Positions 43,193 to 62,041 of a stretch of 64,000 bases of DNA are shown in pieces. The position numbers were made by a program, and so were the translations under genes. Source of the DNA: the human T2T-CHM13v2.0 reference genome, Homo sapiens. Under the pieces are notes generated by a model. The model made no database searches and was not told the origin of the DNA. It worked only from the letters and a program-made list of their open reading frames with translations. Numbering within the stretch: the stretch's first letter is position 1; each line of letters begins with the position of its first letter. Location of the stretch: NCBI RefSeq assembly GCF_009914755.1, contig NC_060925.1; one strand, given 5' to 3'.

Positions 43193-44204
43193 ACGGGGAA
43201 AAAACAGAGCAGAAAAACTGGAAACTCTAAAAAGCAGAGCACCTCTCCTCCTCCAAAGGAACGCAGCTCCTCACCAGCAATGGAACAAAGCTGGACGGAG
43301 AATGACTTTGAAGAGTTGAGAGAAGAAGGCTTCAGACGATCAAACTACAAGCTACAGGAGGAAATTCAAACCAAAGGCAAAGAAGTTAAAAACTTTGAAA
43401 AAAATATAGATGAATGTATAACTAGAATAATCAATACAGAGAAGTGCTTAAAGGAGCTGATGGAGCTGAAAGCCAAGGCTCAAGAACTACGTGAAGAATG
43501 CAGAAGCCTCAGGAGCCAATGCGATCAACTGGAAGAAAGGGTATCAGCGATGGAAGATGAAGTGAATGAAATGAAGCGAGAAGGGAAGTTTAGAGAAAAA
43601 AGAATAAAAAGAAACAAACAAAGCCTCCAAGAAATATGGGACTATGTGAAAAGACCAAATCTACGTCTGATTGGTGTACCTGAAAGTGATGGGGAGAATG
43701 GAACCAAGTTGGAAAACACTCGGCAGGATATTATCCAAGAGAACTTCCCCAATCTAGCAAGGCAGGCCAACATTCAGATTCAGGAAATACAGAGAATGCC
43801 ACAAAGATACTCCTTGAGAAGTGCAACTCCAAGACACATAATTGTCAGATTCACCAAAGTTGAAATGAAGGAAAAAATGTTAAGGGCAGCCAGAGAGAAA
43901 GGTCGGGTTACCCACAAAGGGAAGCCCATCAGACTAACAGCGGATCTCTCAGCAGAAACTCTACAAGCCAGAAGACAGCGGGGGCCAATATTCAACATTC
44001 TTAAAGAAAAGAATTTTCAAGCCAGAATTTCATATCCAACTAAACTAAGCTTCATAAATGAAGGAGAAATAAAATACTTTACAGACAAGCAAATGCTGAG
44101 ATTTTGTCACCACCAGGCCTGCCCTAAAAGAGCTCCTGAAGGGAGCACTAAACATGGAAAGGAGCAACCGGTACCAGACGATGCCAAATCATGCCAAAAT
44201 GTAA
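43193..44204 (+). pseudogene. L1 ORF1p, disrupted (ATG to ACG start loss; frameshift near 44100)
   Basis: aaagACGgggaaaaaacag at 43193; ORF 43280-44260 matches ORF1p until QMLR, then leaves frame. Confidence 0.9.
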
Positions 44205-44267
44205 AGACCATTGAGACTAGGAAGAAACTGCATCAACTAACGAGCAAAATAACCAGCTAACATCATC

Positions 44268-48093
<3,826 letters not shown>

Positions 48094-48330
48094 ACAATGA
48101 GAACACATGGACACAGGAAGGGGAACATCACACTCTGGGGACTGTTGTGGGGTGGGGGAAGGGGGGAGGGATGGCATTGGGAGATATACCTAATGCTAGA
48201 TGACGAGTTAGCGGGTGCAGCGCACCAGCATGTCACATGTATACATATGTAACTAACCTGCACATTGTGCACATGTACCCTAAAACTTGAAGTATAATAA
48301 TAATAATAAAAAGAAAAAGAAAAACAGTTA

Positions 48331-50745
48331 ACAGAGTCACCCATTGGAACATAAATCCATCCCAGATTAAATTAATTTTATAAAACAGTCTGACAAAGAC
48401 TTTGAAAGAATTATGTTTAGAAAACTCCAAGAGACTAATAAGGCACAGTTTCTATTTTAAAAGGGCAAGAAATTATGAAACTACAGAAACTGAGTGGAAA
48501 TGAAGAGGTCCCAATTTAAAACCTTATAAATGAGAGAGATCATTAAATTTAAATTTCACATAATGGTATAAACACTAACATGGACATTCAAAAGGATGAT
48601 TCATATATGAAAACTTGTATTAAGAAATTCACTCAGAATATATCACAGAGAAAATACACATTAAAAGGCAGTTAAGAAACAGAGAATAGAATGAAAGATT
48701 TCTAATAAAACGGGAGATGTTCCAGAAGAGAATAGAAAACTAAGAATTTTCCAAAATTTAATAATGCAAGAGTCATCAAATCAAGACTATTCTCTGACTA
48801 CTAAGCAGGAAAAAGAAATTCAAATCCACATCTGACACTCCTGGTGAACCTGCAGACCATCAAGAAGAAAAGGGACAGAAAAGGGAGAAAAAAGCTTAAA
48901 AGCTTCCAGAAAGAAAAGCCAGATTGCCTTAAAAATTAAAAACTGGCATTTCAAATGACTGTAGATTTCCCACCACCAGCATAGAAGACAGATGACAATG
49001 GAGTTATGTCTTTTAAATGCTAAGGAAAAATAAATGTCAACCTAGAATTATAGAGCCTGTTAAAATACTGTTCAATACTGACAAAATAAAGGTAATTTTC
49101 CATTGCAAAAAGACAAAGTAAAAGATATGCAAAAGGATGTACTTCAACAAGAAGAAAAGTGAATTCAGAGAGTAAACATGGAATGCCAGAAATAAGATTT
49201 GAGAACAGAAAAGTATTGAAATCAATAAATTTAATTAGCTATTGACATAAAAGTTGACAACTTTTGTATGTTTAAAGAATGAATAAAGCTAAACTTTAGA
49301 CAATAACAAGAAGCTATGCAAGAGTTATGCTCAGTGGATAAAGGGCACTAGGTCCACATTCAGAAGAAGGATAAAACTACTTAACAATTTGAACTTACAA
49401 ATATTTATAATGGAGTGTGAATTTTTTAAAGGGTAGGGGAAGCTATCAATAAAAGAATAGTGCTACAATCTTTATCTTCCAAACCAGCAGGGAAAATCTA
49501 AGAAGTTGATGGTAGGAATATAGAAAATTTATCAATCAACAGAAGGCAAGAAGGAAAAAAGATAAAAGAAGCAAGGGACAAGGATGATAAAAACACAAAA
49601 CAAAAATATCAAAATAAGTCCAAATATCTCATGGTGTGTATACAGATTAAAATTTCAATAAAACATCAGAGAATATCAGATTGGAATTTGTTTTAAATAT
49701 GATTATTATCACTTAAAGCAGACACCTAAAGCTTTATACCTAAAGCAAAACACCCAAAAATTAAAAATAAAGAGCATGCCACTTAGGAAAACAATTTATG
49801 AATAGTAAAACGAAGACGACCAAAATTCTCACTTTTTGGTAATATACCACAGAATAGTGCATTTAAAACTGCATGCGGTGACCCATAGAATCGTGAATTG
49901 ATTTAGTGAATCACAACCAGCATTTTTTAATTGAAAAGAAATGCAATATTAAAAGAAATAAATAGAATAGGATAAGTCAGAATAGACGGAATATAACAGA
50001 TATCAGAGTTCTTCATGGATATAGAAGTATCGTTTCAGTAAACTTTCATTTGTGGGATATGTGTGTGTGTGCACATGCAAAAGTTGCAGTGCAAAATGCA
50101 TTTCTATCTTTTTTAGTGTGAGAAACCCTAGTGTAGAGAAGCTCTTGCAAGTGTACATAAGGAAACATGTACAGGGATGTTCACTGCAGTTATTATCTGT
50201 AATCAGAAAAAATTGTAAACATGTTCACCAACAGGAGAATGGACAAATTCCTTGAGGTAAATATGAAGACAATGAAATACTATACAACAAGGAAAGTAAA
50301 TAAACCTTCATGTGTCAACATGGATAAATCTCCAAAACAAAATATTGCATGAATAAAAGCAAGATGCAAAAAGATATATACCATATGATAAAAATTTATA
50401 CAAAGTTTGGAAGCAAGCAAAAGACTACTTTATATTCTTACAAATACACACAGAGAATATGTAGAGTAATGGCATAAAAACCTGTAGGGGACGATAAATA
50501 TAAAATTCAGGAGGATCATTAACTCTTGAGAATGCAGGGTGGGTAGTGGGTATGAAGTCAAGGAGGGCTACATAAGAAGCTTCAACTAAATCTACAATGT
50601 TTTATCAACCAAAAAAATGGAAGTAAATTTGGGGGAAATGTTAAAATTTGTTAAGGCTGGGAGAAGGCTATATGGATGTTAATAATTTACTTCTTATATT
50701 TTTGTATATATTTGAATATGTTTATGGCCAAAAATTATAAAGTTT
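48331..50745 (+). mobile_element. Ancient L1M (ME-like): ORF1, ORF2 start, then 3'UTR; host of the L1PA3 insertion
   Basis: ORF1 C-terminal block (agacagatgacaatggag..gtcaacctagaatt) at ~48990-49050; 3'UTR motifs (atgtacagggatgttcactgcag, caacatggataaatctc, ggctatatggatgtt) at 50160-50720. Confidence 0.7.
49852..50120. mobile_element. hAT-Charlie-type MITE
   Basis: gtgacccat..gtgaattgatttagtgaatcacaaccagcatttttt..aatagaatag..atcagagt..aaaatgcatttct resembles recalled Charlie-derived MITE. Confidence 0.55.
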
Positions 50746-51684
50746 CAAAATCTGTAATTTTAGTCCCTGGGCTCATCACACGGTCTGGCACAAGCTTCCA
50801 CCCTCCCCAGTTCTCATGCATGGCTCATCAATATTCCGTACATTGACCCACTATCTTACTCCTAAGCAAGCAGACATTTCCAGGCTCATGTCAGGCAAAA
50901 GAAAATTCCCTAGCCAGAACTGTGACTCTCACAAATTTATTTTTACCTGCAGCCAAAGCAAGGTTAGAACTCAGCTCTCTGTAAGAAAAGGCCACCACGT
51001 TAGCCCTGAGTGACAATAGAGTTTCCATTATGCTTCTGATGAGCAGAAGATGAATGTATAGCTTTATTCCACCTAATGAACATTTCAATCTTCTAATAAA
51101 CACCCTAATAAAGAAAAATGGAGACTTAACTCACTTTTATTATCACAACTGACATGTCGAAAGGTCTTAATTGGTCTGAAAACAACTTCCAATAATAATA
51201 CCCTCCTTAATTGATTCATTAACAGGGCCCCTACTGAGACAGAAGTGCTAGTTCGGGAAAAGGAATGAAATACAGCTGATTTCCCACTGAGTGGCTATGA
51301 TCCCTTGGCCATCAACTCTCCAGGCCACTGAAGAGGGTATCAGGGTGTCCAATACCTGGAATCATTCTTCTAGTGGGCACAGACATGAAGCAGTATCGCC
51401 ACACACTCACCATTCCCTTAGTAGCGTAACAAAAGACAGATAGAATCTCAAGGAATTCTCTCTTAGTATGAGATGAATCTGCAAATAAACAACCAGGCAA
51501 GAGGATACCCTGATAGCAAGAGATTAAAGCTTTTTATGAGATTGAACAAAAATTACCACCTCCCAGCATGGTTGGACAGGGAAAAGAGAAGCAGGTATAG
51601 CAGAGGGAAGACTTATGAGGAATCAGTGAAAATCATCTCTTTGCAGGAAAGGATGCCTTGGCGTATAGATAATATAGTTATCCA

Positions 51685-52420
51685 GTGTAGTTTTTAAGGG
51701 CATGGGATTTGATGTTAGCTAGACCTAAAAGAATGTCATTTTCTGCCACTTACTAGCTCTGTCACCTTGGGCAGTTTACCTAACCCATCTAAATCCAATT
51801 TCCTTGGCTATAAAGTAGGAAAAATAAACTACTATTCTGCCACAGCCAGAATTAATCAGATCTTCTCAATCTTTTCCTCAAAACCCTCCAATGACTCCAT
51901 TGCATTCCCACTCAATCCACCCCCACCTGACCTCTCTGACCTCATCTCCTACTCCACTCCCCCATTCCCTCCACAGTCTTCCCCTACCCCTGCTTCTCCT
52001 CAAAGCACTCAGCATGCTCCCATGCACTGGCTGTGCTCTTACCTCCACCTCTCTGCATGGCTCACCTCTTCATGTCTTTGATCCAACATCACCTTCTTCA
52101 TGACCACTCTACCTACCCTGTGCTTACTCCAAACATCTCTTTCCCCACTCTGCTTTTTCTTTTTCCATAGTGCTTATCACATTCTAGCATTCCGTATAAT
52201 GCACTTATTATGTCTGCTATTTATTCTCTTCTATTGTTTGGTTCACTAATCTATCCCAAGTGCCTAAAACAATGAGAAGCACATAGCAAGTGTTTAATTT
52301 TTGTTCCATGAAAACCTCATAAGATTGTTCAGATGCCTAAATTAAATAATGCACATTAAGCACTTAGCTTAACACAGGCATACAGAAGCATTCAGTAAAC
52401 GTTATCTATTGTTTTCATGG
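51685..52420 (+). mobile_element. MIR split by an L2 3' fragment (~51835-52310)
   Basis: MIR 5' (tctgccacttactagctctgtcaccttgggcagtttacctaac) and MIR 3' (taagcacttagc..aaacgtta) flank an L2 tail (ttgttcact..tatcccaagtgcctaaaaca). Confidence 0.7.
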
Positions 52421-53334
52421 TGGCTATTATTATTTTCCATCCAACATGAGGGATATTATTAACTAGTGAGGTCATGGTTCTTCCAGCCACTGGTTCCTAG
52501 AGATGGAAGACCTACATTAACTAGAATCTTCTGACACTATATATAACATCTTGTTATATATAGACACCACTAGCCAAGGACCAAAGGTGCCAGGTCACCT
52601 GTAGACCCCACCCCCACCCCACCTACTTAGCCAACACATCCGGTGTTGGGGGGCAGGCAGCTGCTAGGTCAAGAATGTATATCAGCGTACGTCTAGAAAC
52701 TATTGCTCCCTCTTGTCCCTTTAGGACTGTGCTGCGTGTAAATACCAACTCAACAACACCTGCATAACAGCAGGAAAGCTGTTAGAAAGCTAGAAAGGGT
52801 TTCATTTTACATTTAACAAAGAGTAAGGGAGGGAACAGGGAAAGAGATAACCAACTTGTATGCTGAAGTCCTCAGAATTTAAGCTTCTGCCACATTGTCC
52901 AAGACATTTGTGTTTCTGTCCAGGAAAACAAGGAAACAGAAACCATCTGCCCAGTCCATAACCTCCCAGGCACTAATGAGATGCCTTTTCTTTGTCAAAC
53001 ACTTAGGAGCTCCTGTGATAAAGTACTACCCTGGGTAAATAATGAATAGAACAGTCCCATTAACTCAAAGTTTGATTGCACCTTCTGTTTCCTGAATGTG
53101 AAGGAAGACAGGAGCAGCCAAGGCAATGAGCCATTCAGCACTCAGCCAAAGCCTGCTCTCCACTTCTCAGCCATGTGAAGCACACACAGCAGTCAAGATG
53201 CTAAATGCAAGTTTCAGTATGTGTTCTTTCCCATAGTGCCCAGCTCTCATTGCACACTGCAGATGGCACCTGTACAAGGGAACAGAGGTTGGTGTATGTG
53301 ACTGCCCTGATGGTGCCAGCTACGGGGCCTTCAG

Positions 53335-53585
53335 GAGGCAGGAGAGGGCAGTAGTTCAAAAGCACAAGCACCTGAGCAAGAAAATCCTGTGTTCAAATCC
53401 TAAATCTCCCAATAAGCATCTGTGCAACCTCAGTCCAGTTGCTTTATGTCTCTGATTCTCTTCCACATCTGTACAATGTGATGATTACATCCAACTCATA
53501 AAGTTTGTACAGGAACAAATGAAGTAATACATAAAATCACTTAGCATTGAATCTGGAGCATTGTAAGTGCTCAATAAATATTATC
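53335..53585 (+). mobile_element. MIR
   Basis: cctgtgttcaaatcct..catctgtacaatgtg..cacttagca..gtaagtgctcaataaata. Confidence 0.75.
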
Positions 53586-55519
53586 CTTCTTTTTGGAGGG
53601 TAGAGGGTCAGGAAAGAACAAAAAGCTTGAATGTAATTGTATTCATCATCCATTCATTCAACAAATATTTACTGAATGCCTACTGGTTCTAGGCCCTAAT
53701 CTAGCTGCTAAAGGTACAGCAGTGAATGAAGCAGACAAGATGCCCTGCCCTCAGAAACTAACAGTCTAATAGGTAATCATGGCCAATATATAATGATATA
53801 ATGGGTCCTCACCTGTGCCAGACAGTGTTCTAAGTGCTTTACTTGCATTAGCTTATTTGATGCTTACAACAACCCTATAAAATGCATTACTATTATTATC
53901 TCCATATGACAGAAGAAGCAACTGAGGCACAAAGCAGTTAAGTAAATTGCCCAAGGTCATAAGATTGCTAAGCATCAAAGCCAGGGTTTGAACCCAATTA
54001 GACTCTCGACTCCAGAGACCACTCTCTTAAGCACTACATATATTGCCTTCTTGCAACTATTAGATAGTGAGCTCCTTACAAGTAAAAAATACAATTCATT
54101 CATTTCTGTATCTACAACAAAGTACCTAGCTTGTGAGTCTGCTCAATAAATGCTTATTGAAGGAAGGAAGGGCAGATTTTCTTTGAGGCACTAGAGCCAC
54201 CTTCTTATAAACACTGAATATGTAGTGAAAATATACTATTCTTTTGACATTTCTCTATAAACTCTGAATATGTAATGAAAATATACCATTCTTCCAATGC
54301 ATAGAAAATATTAGTGATCTTCTGTCCATAGGTTGTTAAACGTAGGGCTGTTTTTCCAGAAATGGTGATGAATGTTCCTTGAACCACCTACATTCTACCC
54401 TGTTTCCTTTAATCCAAATGGCATGCATTTAAGAAGGGTCTGACAGGGATTGAACTATATTTTAAAAGTCCAGAATATGTGTGCTAAGGTTATAAAATAC
54501 ACAACACTCCTACTCTTTTATTTGGGAAACCAACGAAACGTTTCAACCACAACAAGTCTCACTCAAAGCTGATGTTCTCCCACTCAGACACCTAAGTCAT
54601 CACTATTCTCAGAACTATTTATGCATGAGCTAGTTGAGGTTGAACTGGGCCACAACTGAAGAAGAAAATGACAGAGGCAACTACTACATTGAGGGAGATG
54701 GAGGCAGAAGAAAGAGGAGCTCTTCAGGGGACTAGTGTTGACAGTTCAGTAGAACTAGCAATTCTGCAGTGAATATGGCTGGTATTTGACTCACAATAAT
54801 TAATATTATTTTTATGCTATACTAATTGTATTTTATATATAATATTAAATGTATTTAAATATAAAAATCTAAACACATTTTATATATCAATTGTTAATAA
54901 CATGGTATATCATTTTTGTTATAACTTATTCCTTAAGAAAGTATACTAAGTTCTGATTTTTTCTTACATTATCTCATTTAATCACTACAACCATCAAAAC
55001 AGTAGTATTACAATCTCTATTTGTTAAGGAACAAACTCAATTGCTTTAACAATGACCTCCCCTCACCACCCAAAATGCAGTGGTTTAAATAAGAAGGATT
55101 TTCATCTATTGTGTAACAATCTAGAAGCAGTATTATGTACAGGCTAAGCTGCTGTAACAAAGACACATAAGAAAGGTGACAAGAGTTTTTCTCCCACATA
55201 ATAGTGCAGAGCTGTGAAGGCAGCCTGCCATCACCAACATGCGGCTTCCATTTGAAACTTCTAACTTCCAAGTGACTTCTCAACTCCTAATAGTCATGCC
55301 CCAGCCAGCAGGAAGTGGAAAGAGACAATGGGAGAACATGCCAATTTTCTTTACGGATCCAGTTCAGAGTAGCACACAGAACCTGCATCCTATTAGCCAG
55401 AACTTGGTCATAGAGTTGTTATAAAAAATATGTTGAAAAACCATTGAGAAAGGTATGTGGTAAATGTCCATTTATTTTCCTTCTCTTTTTGACATTAATA
55501 TCTCAAAAATGAATCATAG

Positions 55520-57892
55520 TGTAATCATTTGCATTCTTGTTTGGCAAAAAAATTCATTCCCTTCCCTGCTGACCATCGTGGACTCAGTATACTTCCCTGT
55601 TCCACTGATACTGGGCTTGGCCATGTAACTTGCTTTGTCCAATGGAATGTTAGTGAACATGATGCAAGCAGAAGCTTTAAATGTGTTGTGTGGTTCAGCT
55701 GGTCTAGTGCTCCAGCAATATATTATAAGAAGAGCTGATCCCCAGGTAGCTGCCACCCTTTTTCAGCCTGGACTGAAAGAAAATACATATGGGGCGGACC
55801 TTAGGCCAAACCATGGCCTACAGCCAATCCTAGTCTTTGTGCCACCTAAATCAGGGCCATTTGCTGAACCCATCCCAGACCAGTTGAACAACAATTCACC
55901 AGCAGATCTGTGAATGTGAGCATAAGTGCATGTTGTTGGAAGTCACTGAGTTTTGAGATAGTTTATTATGTAGCATTACTGTAGCAATAGCTGGTTACCA
56001 CAGAAATTGGTATCAGAAGTGGGGTACTACTGTAATAAAAACCTAAAATATGGAACTGTGGTTTGGGGACTAGGCAGCAGATAGTGAGGGAACTGTAGTG
56101 GAAGGCCAGAAAGATTCCATCCCATGTTATTTGGATAAGTGCTTGGCAAAACTCATCTGTGATCATTTGAAAGACAGAAAATGTACCTAATGGACTTGAA
56201 GCACTGGGCAAGAAAGTGTCAAGCCAGAATATTGATAGTGTAATCTAGCTGTTAGTAGCAGGATAAGATATTGTAAGACAAAGTCGAGTTTTGAAAAGAA
56301 CTGACCAGTTTGCCAGCAGAATTGAGAGAGACTAGAGAAAGCCCCAAAATTCCAGAACTTGTGGGTTTGAAAAGTGAAACTTTCTCACCTTATTTTGTCA
56401 GTCTCAGGACAAAGACTAAATTAAGGGGTGGCCGTCAGCTCCTTTCTTACAGCTTCTAAAAATAACTGAAGTGGGTGCCTTGCTGTTCTTTTCAGCTGAA
56501 TAAAGTACTCCTAGAAAGCTAAAAGGCATGCTCCTACAGAGGCTTGGTATAACCAAAATAGACAAAATTAAGTCTTAAGAGAGAGACATATCTCAAAATG
56601 TATCACAGTTGTAACTTTTGCTGCATGGAGTTGACTGAAATCATATACATAGGAAACTCACAAAACTTTTAAAGCACCTATATTGGTAAAACGCCATCAA
56701 CCTGAGACTGTAACTGTTTGAGATGTAAAAAGATCTCTGGCTCCCAAATTTTTATAAGCGGAAAACAGACCGAGAAGTTGCACAGCCAGAAAGAAAGGCT
56801 ATCCTGTAAACTTCTATTCAGTGGTGGCCAGGCATGGTGGATGATGGAAAAGGAAGAATCTCCGGGAGGTTGGAGCCAAAAGATATGGAGAACAATGAAC
56901 TGGTAAGTCATCTTAGGGAGCAGAACTAGGGCCTAATCCAGAGCTCAGCAAACTATGGTCCACAGGCCAAACCCTGCTTGCCACCCGATTTAGTAAATAA
57001 AGTTATAGTGGAACACAGCCACATCCATGCATTTGCAAATTGTCTACACTGCTTTTGTTGAAATGTTGCAATAGGAACTAGGCCTGCAAAGTTCAAAATA
57101 TTTACTAACTGGCTCTTTACAGTTGTGAACCCCTAATCTAGTAAAAGAATATTCTATACCCACAGAAACGTGGCTACACTTGCACAGCAGGATTTCAGAA
57201 TTGCTGTAGACCAGTGACTGCAATGGGTCTACCATTCGCATTTTTTGAATGGGAGTATTCTGCCTATGTCTGTTCAACATTGTAAGTTGGGTGATTGAAA
57301 AGCAAATAACTTGTCTCTTTAGTTCCTAGGTGTCTCAGTTAATAGGAGTTATATCAGGATTTGGGGTAATTTCAAGATCCTAGCTTAATGGATTGGATGA
57401 GTCATTTAAGGGTATTAGAATAAAGATAAGTATATTTTGCTTGCAGAAGAACAGTGAATAAGAGGCCAGATTGTAATAATTTGCATTGCTGTACAAACCT
57501 TTCTTCCTATTGAGGGCAGTATATCCTTCCTAATGTCATGGGCTTGGCCAGGTGACTTGCTTTGGTCAATAGAATGTCACCAGGCATGGCAGGATCAGGG
57601 GCTTTAAATGTGTTTGGTTGGTTTGTCTCGGATCTGTCATAAAAAGGGCCTGCCTTCTGTCTGGTCCTCAGAACAAATACACATGGAACAGACCTGAACC
57701 AAAAATACAGCCTTAAGCCAAGTCCATTAGATCTGAAGCCTGAAGTAGAGCCTCCCAGGTGGGCTCAGATTGATCAGTTAACTATAGCAAATCTGTAGAC
57801 CCCTATGTGATAGCATAGATACTTGTTGTGAGCCACTGACTTTTGAGGTGGTTTGTTACACAGCATTATTGTAACAATAGTCAGTTGATACA
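55520..57892 (+). mobile_element. Complete MaLR element, MLT1 (G/H-like): 5'LTR 55520-56002, internal 56003-57471, 3'LTR 57472-57892
   Basis: Both LTRs start tgtaat(c/a)atttgcatt, share gggcttggcca..acttgcttt..caat.gaatgt..gctttaaatgtgtt and end in ..ca; MLT-int start gaaattggtatcagaagtgggg; 5-bp TSD catag/catgg. Confidence 0.88.
56939..57133. mobile_element. MER58A hAT-Charlie MITE nested in MLT1 internal region
   Basis: gcaaactatggtccacaggccaaa..gtaaataaagtt..ggaacacagccac..ggcctgcaaag..aaaatatttacta..ctggctctttaca. Confidence 0.85.
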
Positions 57893-59525
57893 CATGGCTC
57901 CCATAAAATGATGAGATGGCTGAAATCCAGTAGATTGCAGTTTCATTCTAAAGACTTTAGTTCAAGTCCCAGATCTGCCACTTACCTGCTGTTCAATTGG
58001 AAGAAGTCACTATACCTTCACTATATGTTTCTGAGTCTAAGAGGTTTTTTTAATTTAAAAATGAGGCTAGTAACAACATAATTCAGATGTTCATTGTAAG
58101 ACTAAATAAAATAATATATTTAAATGCATCTTGTAAATAGAATAAAGTGTACAAATACAAGGTATTTTCATGATTATACTTCAGTTAACATAAAGTAGAC
58201 TTATTTTATTTTTAATTAATGGTGGAGAGAGAGTAATGCCATTTCTGTCCTCCGATGCTAAAAGGTGGCCATGCTAGGTCTGATGTTTTAATAATTATTT
58301 CTTAATTTTGTTTATCTGATTTCCTGATTTTTCCCTAAGGAATACATGTAATTTGTAATAAAAAGCAAACAACATAAAAGTTGTCTTTTAGAAACTGCCT
58401 ATGCTAGCTGGGCCTGCCACTTCTGAGCACCTTCCCCTTCCTGCACCCTCACCCTCCCAAAGAGGAGCATACAGCACCACTGACCACAGCAGCCCATGTA
58501 CTAGACTAAGGAGTTCTCTGAGTCACATTGTTCCCTCACTGAAGAATAAGGGGAAAAATCAGAATGTTTCTCTTTCTATACCAACAAAAATCCCTGAAAA
58601 CCCAACCAGTCAACTAGATTTCCAGCAAAGAAGGAAACTTCATCAGAAATGTTTATTTAGAACTGTGTCCACCAAATTGCTTTCCATGGACTCCAGTGTG
58701 TCACACAACCAGAGTCTAGGGTGTTACAACCTGATTATTTTGTATTCACGTCAAAAGTGTTTTTCTTTCTCCAAAATGCCAAAGGGAAGAGCAGGGGTTT
58801 CTTACAAACGGCTCTAAATTGTCTCAGTGCTCCCAAGAGTGACAGCAATGAGGACACAGACACCGTCCACAAGAAGAGGGGGAAAAGGTCAGATCAATAG
58901 CACTGACGATATCCATTTGTTCCACCAAGACAGCCAACACAGGTTTCTGCAGAGGATTATTTGAGAAATAAATCTACTCACACAGTTCCTCTCCATCCTC
59001 CAGCCAAAACAGCAGAACCCACCAGAAATCAGATCACACCTCTCAGCTTGCTTTATAACAGAACAGCCAAGCTGGGCAGTAACACCACGTAATAGAAATG
59101 TTGATCAGGTTAGCATAGAAAAGAGTGCTGTGTGCTGTGGGCTGGCGAGGCAGGACAGGCATCCTTGAATGGAAAGGAGACAATGGCCCCTGGGAGATAT
59201 CAGACACCTCGGAGCAGAGTCCTTCCTAGGTCAGAACAACCATGGTGACCACCACAGGGTTAACTTCTGTGGGCTGCCATTCATTATGAGCACCTACAGG
59301 CACAAAACTTGGGAAAGCAACAAGCAGCAGCAAAAAGATGCAGAGACGGTACCACTGCCAGCTAGTCCTCATGGTGACCTCTAGAGTAATGACAGAAAAT
59401 AGAGATCTTGCATTATTCATTCACTCTGCAAACATTGGTTGTCCACTTACCACCTGCCAAGCACCATGCTGGGTATTCAAAGATAAGTAAAACATAGTTC
59501 CTACTCTTAAAGTTTCTATGCCCCA

Positions 59526-59805
<280 letters not shown>

Positions 59806-60192
59806 AAGTTTCTATGCCCCATTGTGCCTAGCACATAACAGGGGCACCATAAATGTTTGCTGAGTGTTATCTTAGTATTCATCTATATGCAGCCTCTTTT
59901 CTCTGCCTTCCATGGCACTTTTTACAAATCCTTAATGATCGTTTATAGTACTCTGACTTTTAGTTATCAGTGCACATTTGATTCCCACTATAGCACAATA
60001 GGATCACTGAATATAGGATCTGTGTATTGCTTGTCATTGAATCTTCTCAATAAATAGTTTATGAATGATTGCCTATGTAATCATAAGTACTGCATCACCA
60101 CCCACTACCACCATCAGAATAGGATGGAAGGCCTAGGGCTTGCAACCGTGGGAGAAAGCATGCTGGGTTAAGGGTTACCAGGCCTGCATTCT

Positions 60193-60600
<408 letters not shown>

Positions 60601-61884
60601 TCAGACTCATCATCTTGGTCATAGATAACATTCACTGGATACTCGGCATGATTCAGGCACTGTGTTAACAACTTTATGTGCATTATCTCTTTCAATCTTC
60701 AGCATAATCCCTTCAAGTACTGTGGCTATCCCTATTTTCTATAAAGAAAGCAGGCCTAGAGAGGTGAAATGACTTCCCAATGTCACACGGTGGCGGACTG
60801 GGTATGAGAACCTAACAGACTGACTTGGAAATCCACACTCTCAACTGCTAAGCCATACACATTCCTCTTCCACAGCCACACCTCAGGCTGTTGGATGCAT
60901 TTCGGGGCCATCACTTCTCCCCCTGAACAGCTTCATTTTCCATTGTAGCCACATTTTTAGGAAATTGCTAAAAATGCCTTTGGCAGAGGGAGGCACGGCA
61001 GGCAGGCCTTGCATGCGTGCCTCACACTGGGCAGCTGTGAGTTTTCTCATGGTTCCAGAGTGGGCCTGAGGCACTAGAGCACTGGCCAAATTGCAAGGAA
61101 TCCTGCGAAAGGATGAGAATCCCAGCAGGAAGTTACAGAGGGTGCCAGCCACGTCCCAGGAACATGTAGTTTGAACCACATTTGAGAAACCATCTGAGAA
61201 GGCAAGAAAAAGAAATGAAAAATGTCATTTTATCCAAAGAGCTTTGAGGAATTGTAAAGACTTTGACCATATTCCAGACCAATCAATCTGACAGCTGCTT
61301 CTGTCCAGTCTCCCCCATATTTAGTGTATGGACAAAGAAGAGGCTCACTCTCCAAGAGACAACAGTGCTACAGTTTTGGGGAAACATGGTACCTCATATG
61401 TGGGCCCCAAATACCCAAAAGGTGACAGAGATCAATGGCACTAATCAAAGAATTTAGGACAGAATTTTAAAGATATTTTTTAAAGAAACAGGCATAGTTT
61501 AATAAGGAGACAGAAAAATCAAAACTAAACCTCTGTTACAGATGTATCTGGATTTTTTTCAAAATTACAAATAACAACAGTGAACTCAAATACTGAATAA
61601 TAAGTGCACGGCCCTCAAAAGTTATAGATAATAAACACATGCTACTTGTAAGGGAAAGGGGAGAAAAATACAGCCCACGTTTAGAAAGCAAAGTATCTTG
61701 AGGAGTTTGGCAGGAAGAAAGAGGAGGATTAATTAAATGTATGCAAGTGAAAGGGCCTCTCTTCTGAACCAAATGACCTTAAACCTAAGGCAGGAAAATA
61801 ATAAAGAATGGGGTTTGGAGGAAAGTGAATGGATTTAATTGTCTCAAAGAGAAATGTATAAGTGGAAATCCAAGGGTTCTTTAA

Positions 61885-61987
61885 TGTGTATGTGTGGGTG
61901 TGAGGTGTGTGTATGTGTGTGTGTGCATGCATGCGTGTGTGTGTATGTGTGCATGTGTGCATGTGTGTGTGTGCACACATACATGTG
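61885..61987 (+). repeat. Compound (TG)/(TGCA)/(TGTA) alternating purine-pyrimidine tract
   Basis: Direct reading. Confidence 0.85.
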
Positions 61988-62028
61988 AAAGAGAGTTTTT
62001 CATGGTGACAGAAAAATGGAAATCAGTG

Positions 62029-62041
62029 GCACTAGGTGGCT
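62029..62041 (+). promoter_or_regulatory. Candidate CTCF motif GCACTAGGTGGCT
   Basis: 11/13 match to CCASYAGRKGGCR; motif only. Confidence 0.4.

Noticed and set aside
58401-58817. 138-aa ATG ORF
   Set aside because: No domain or codon signal that I can support.
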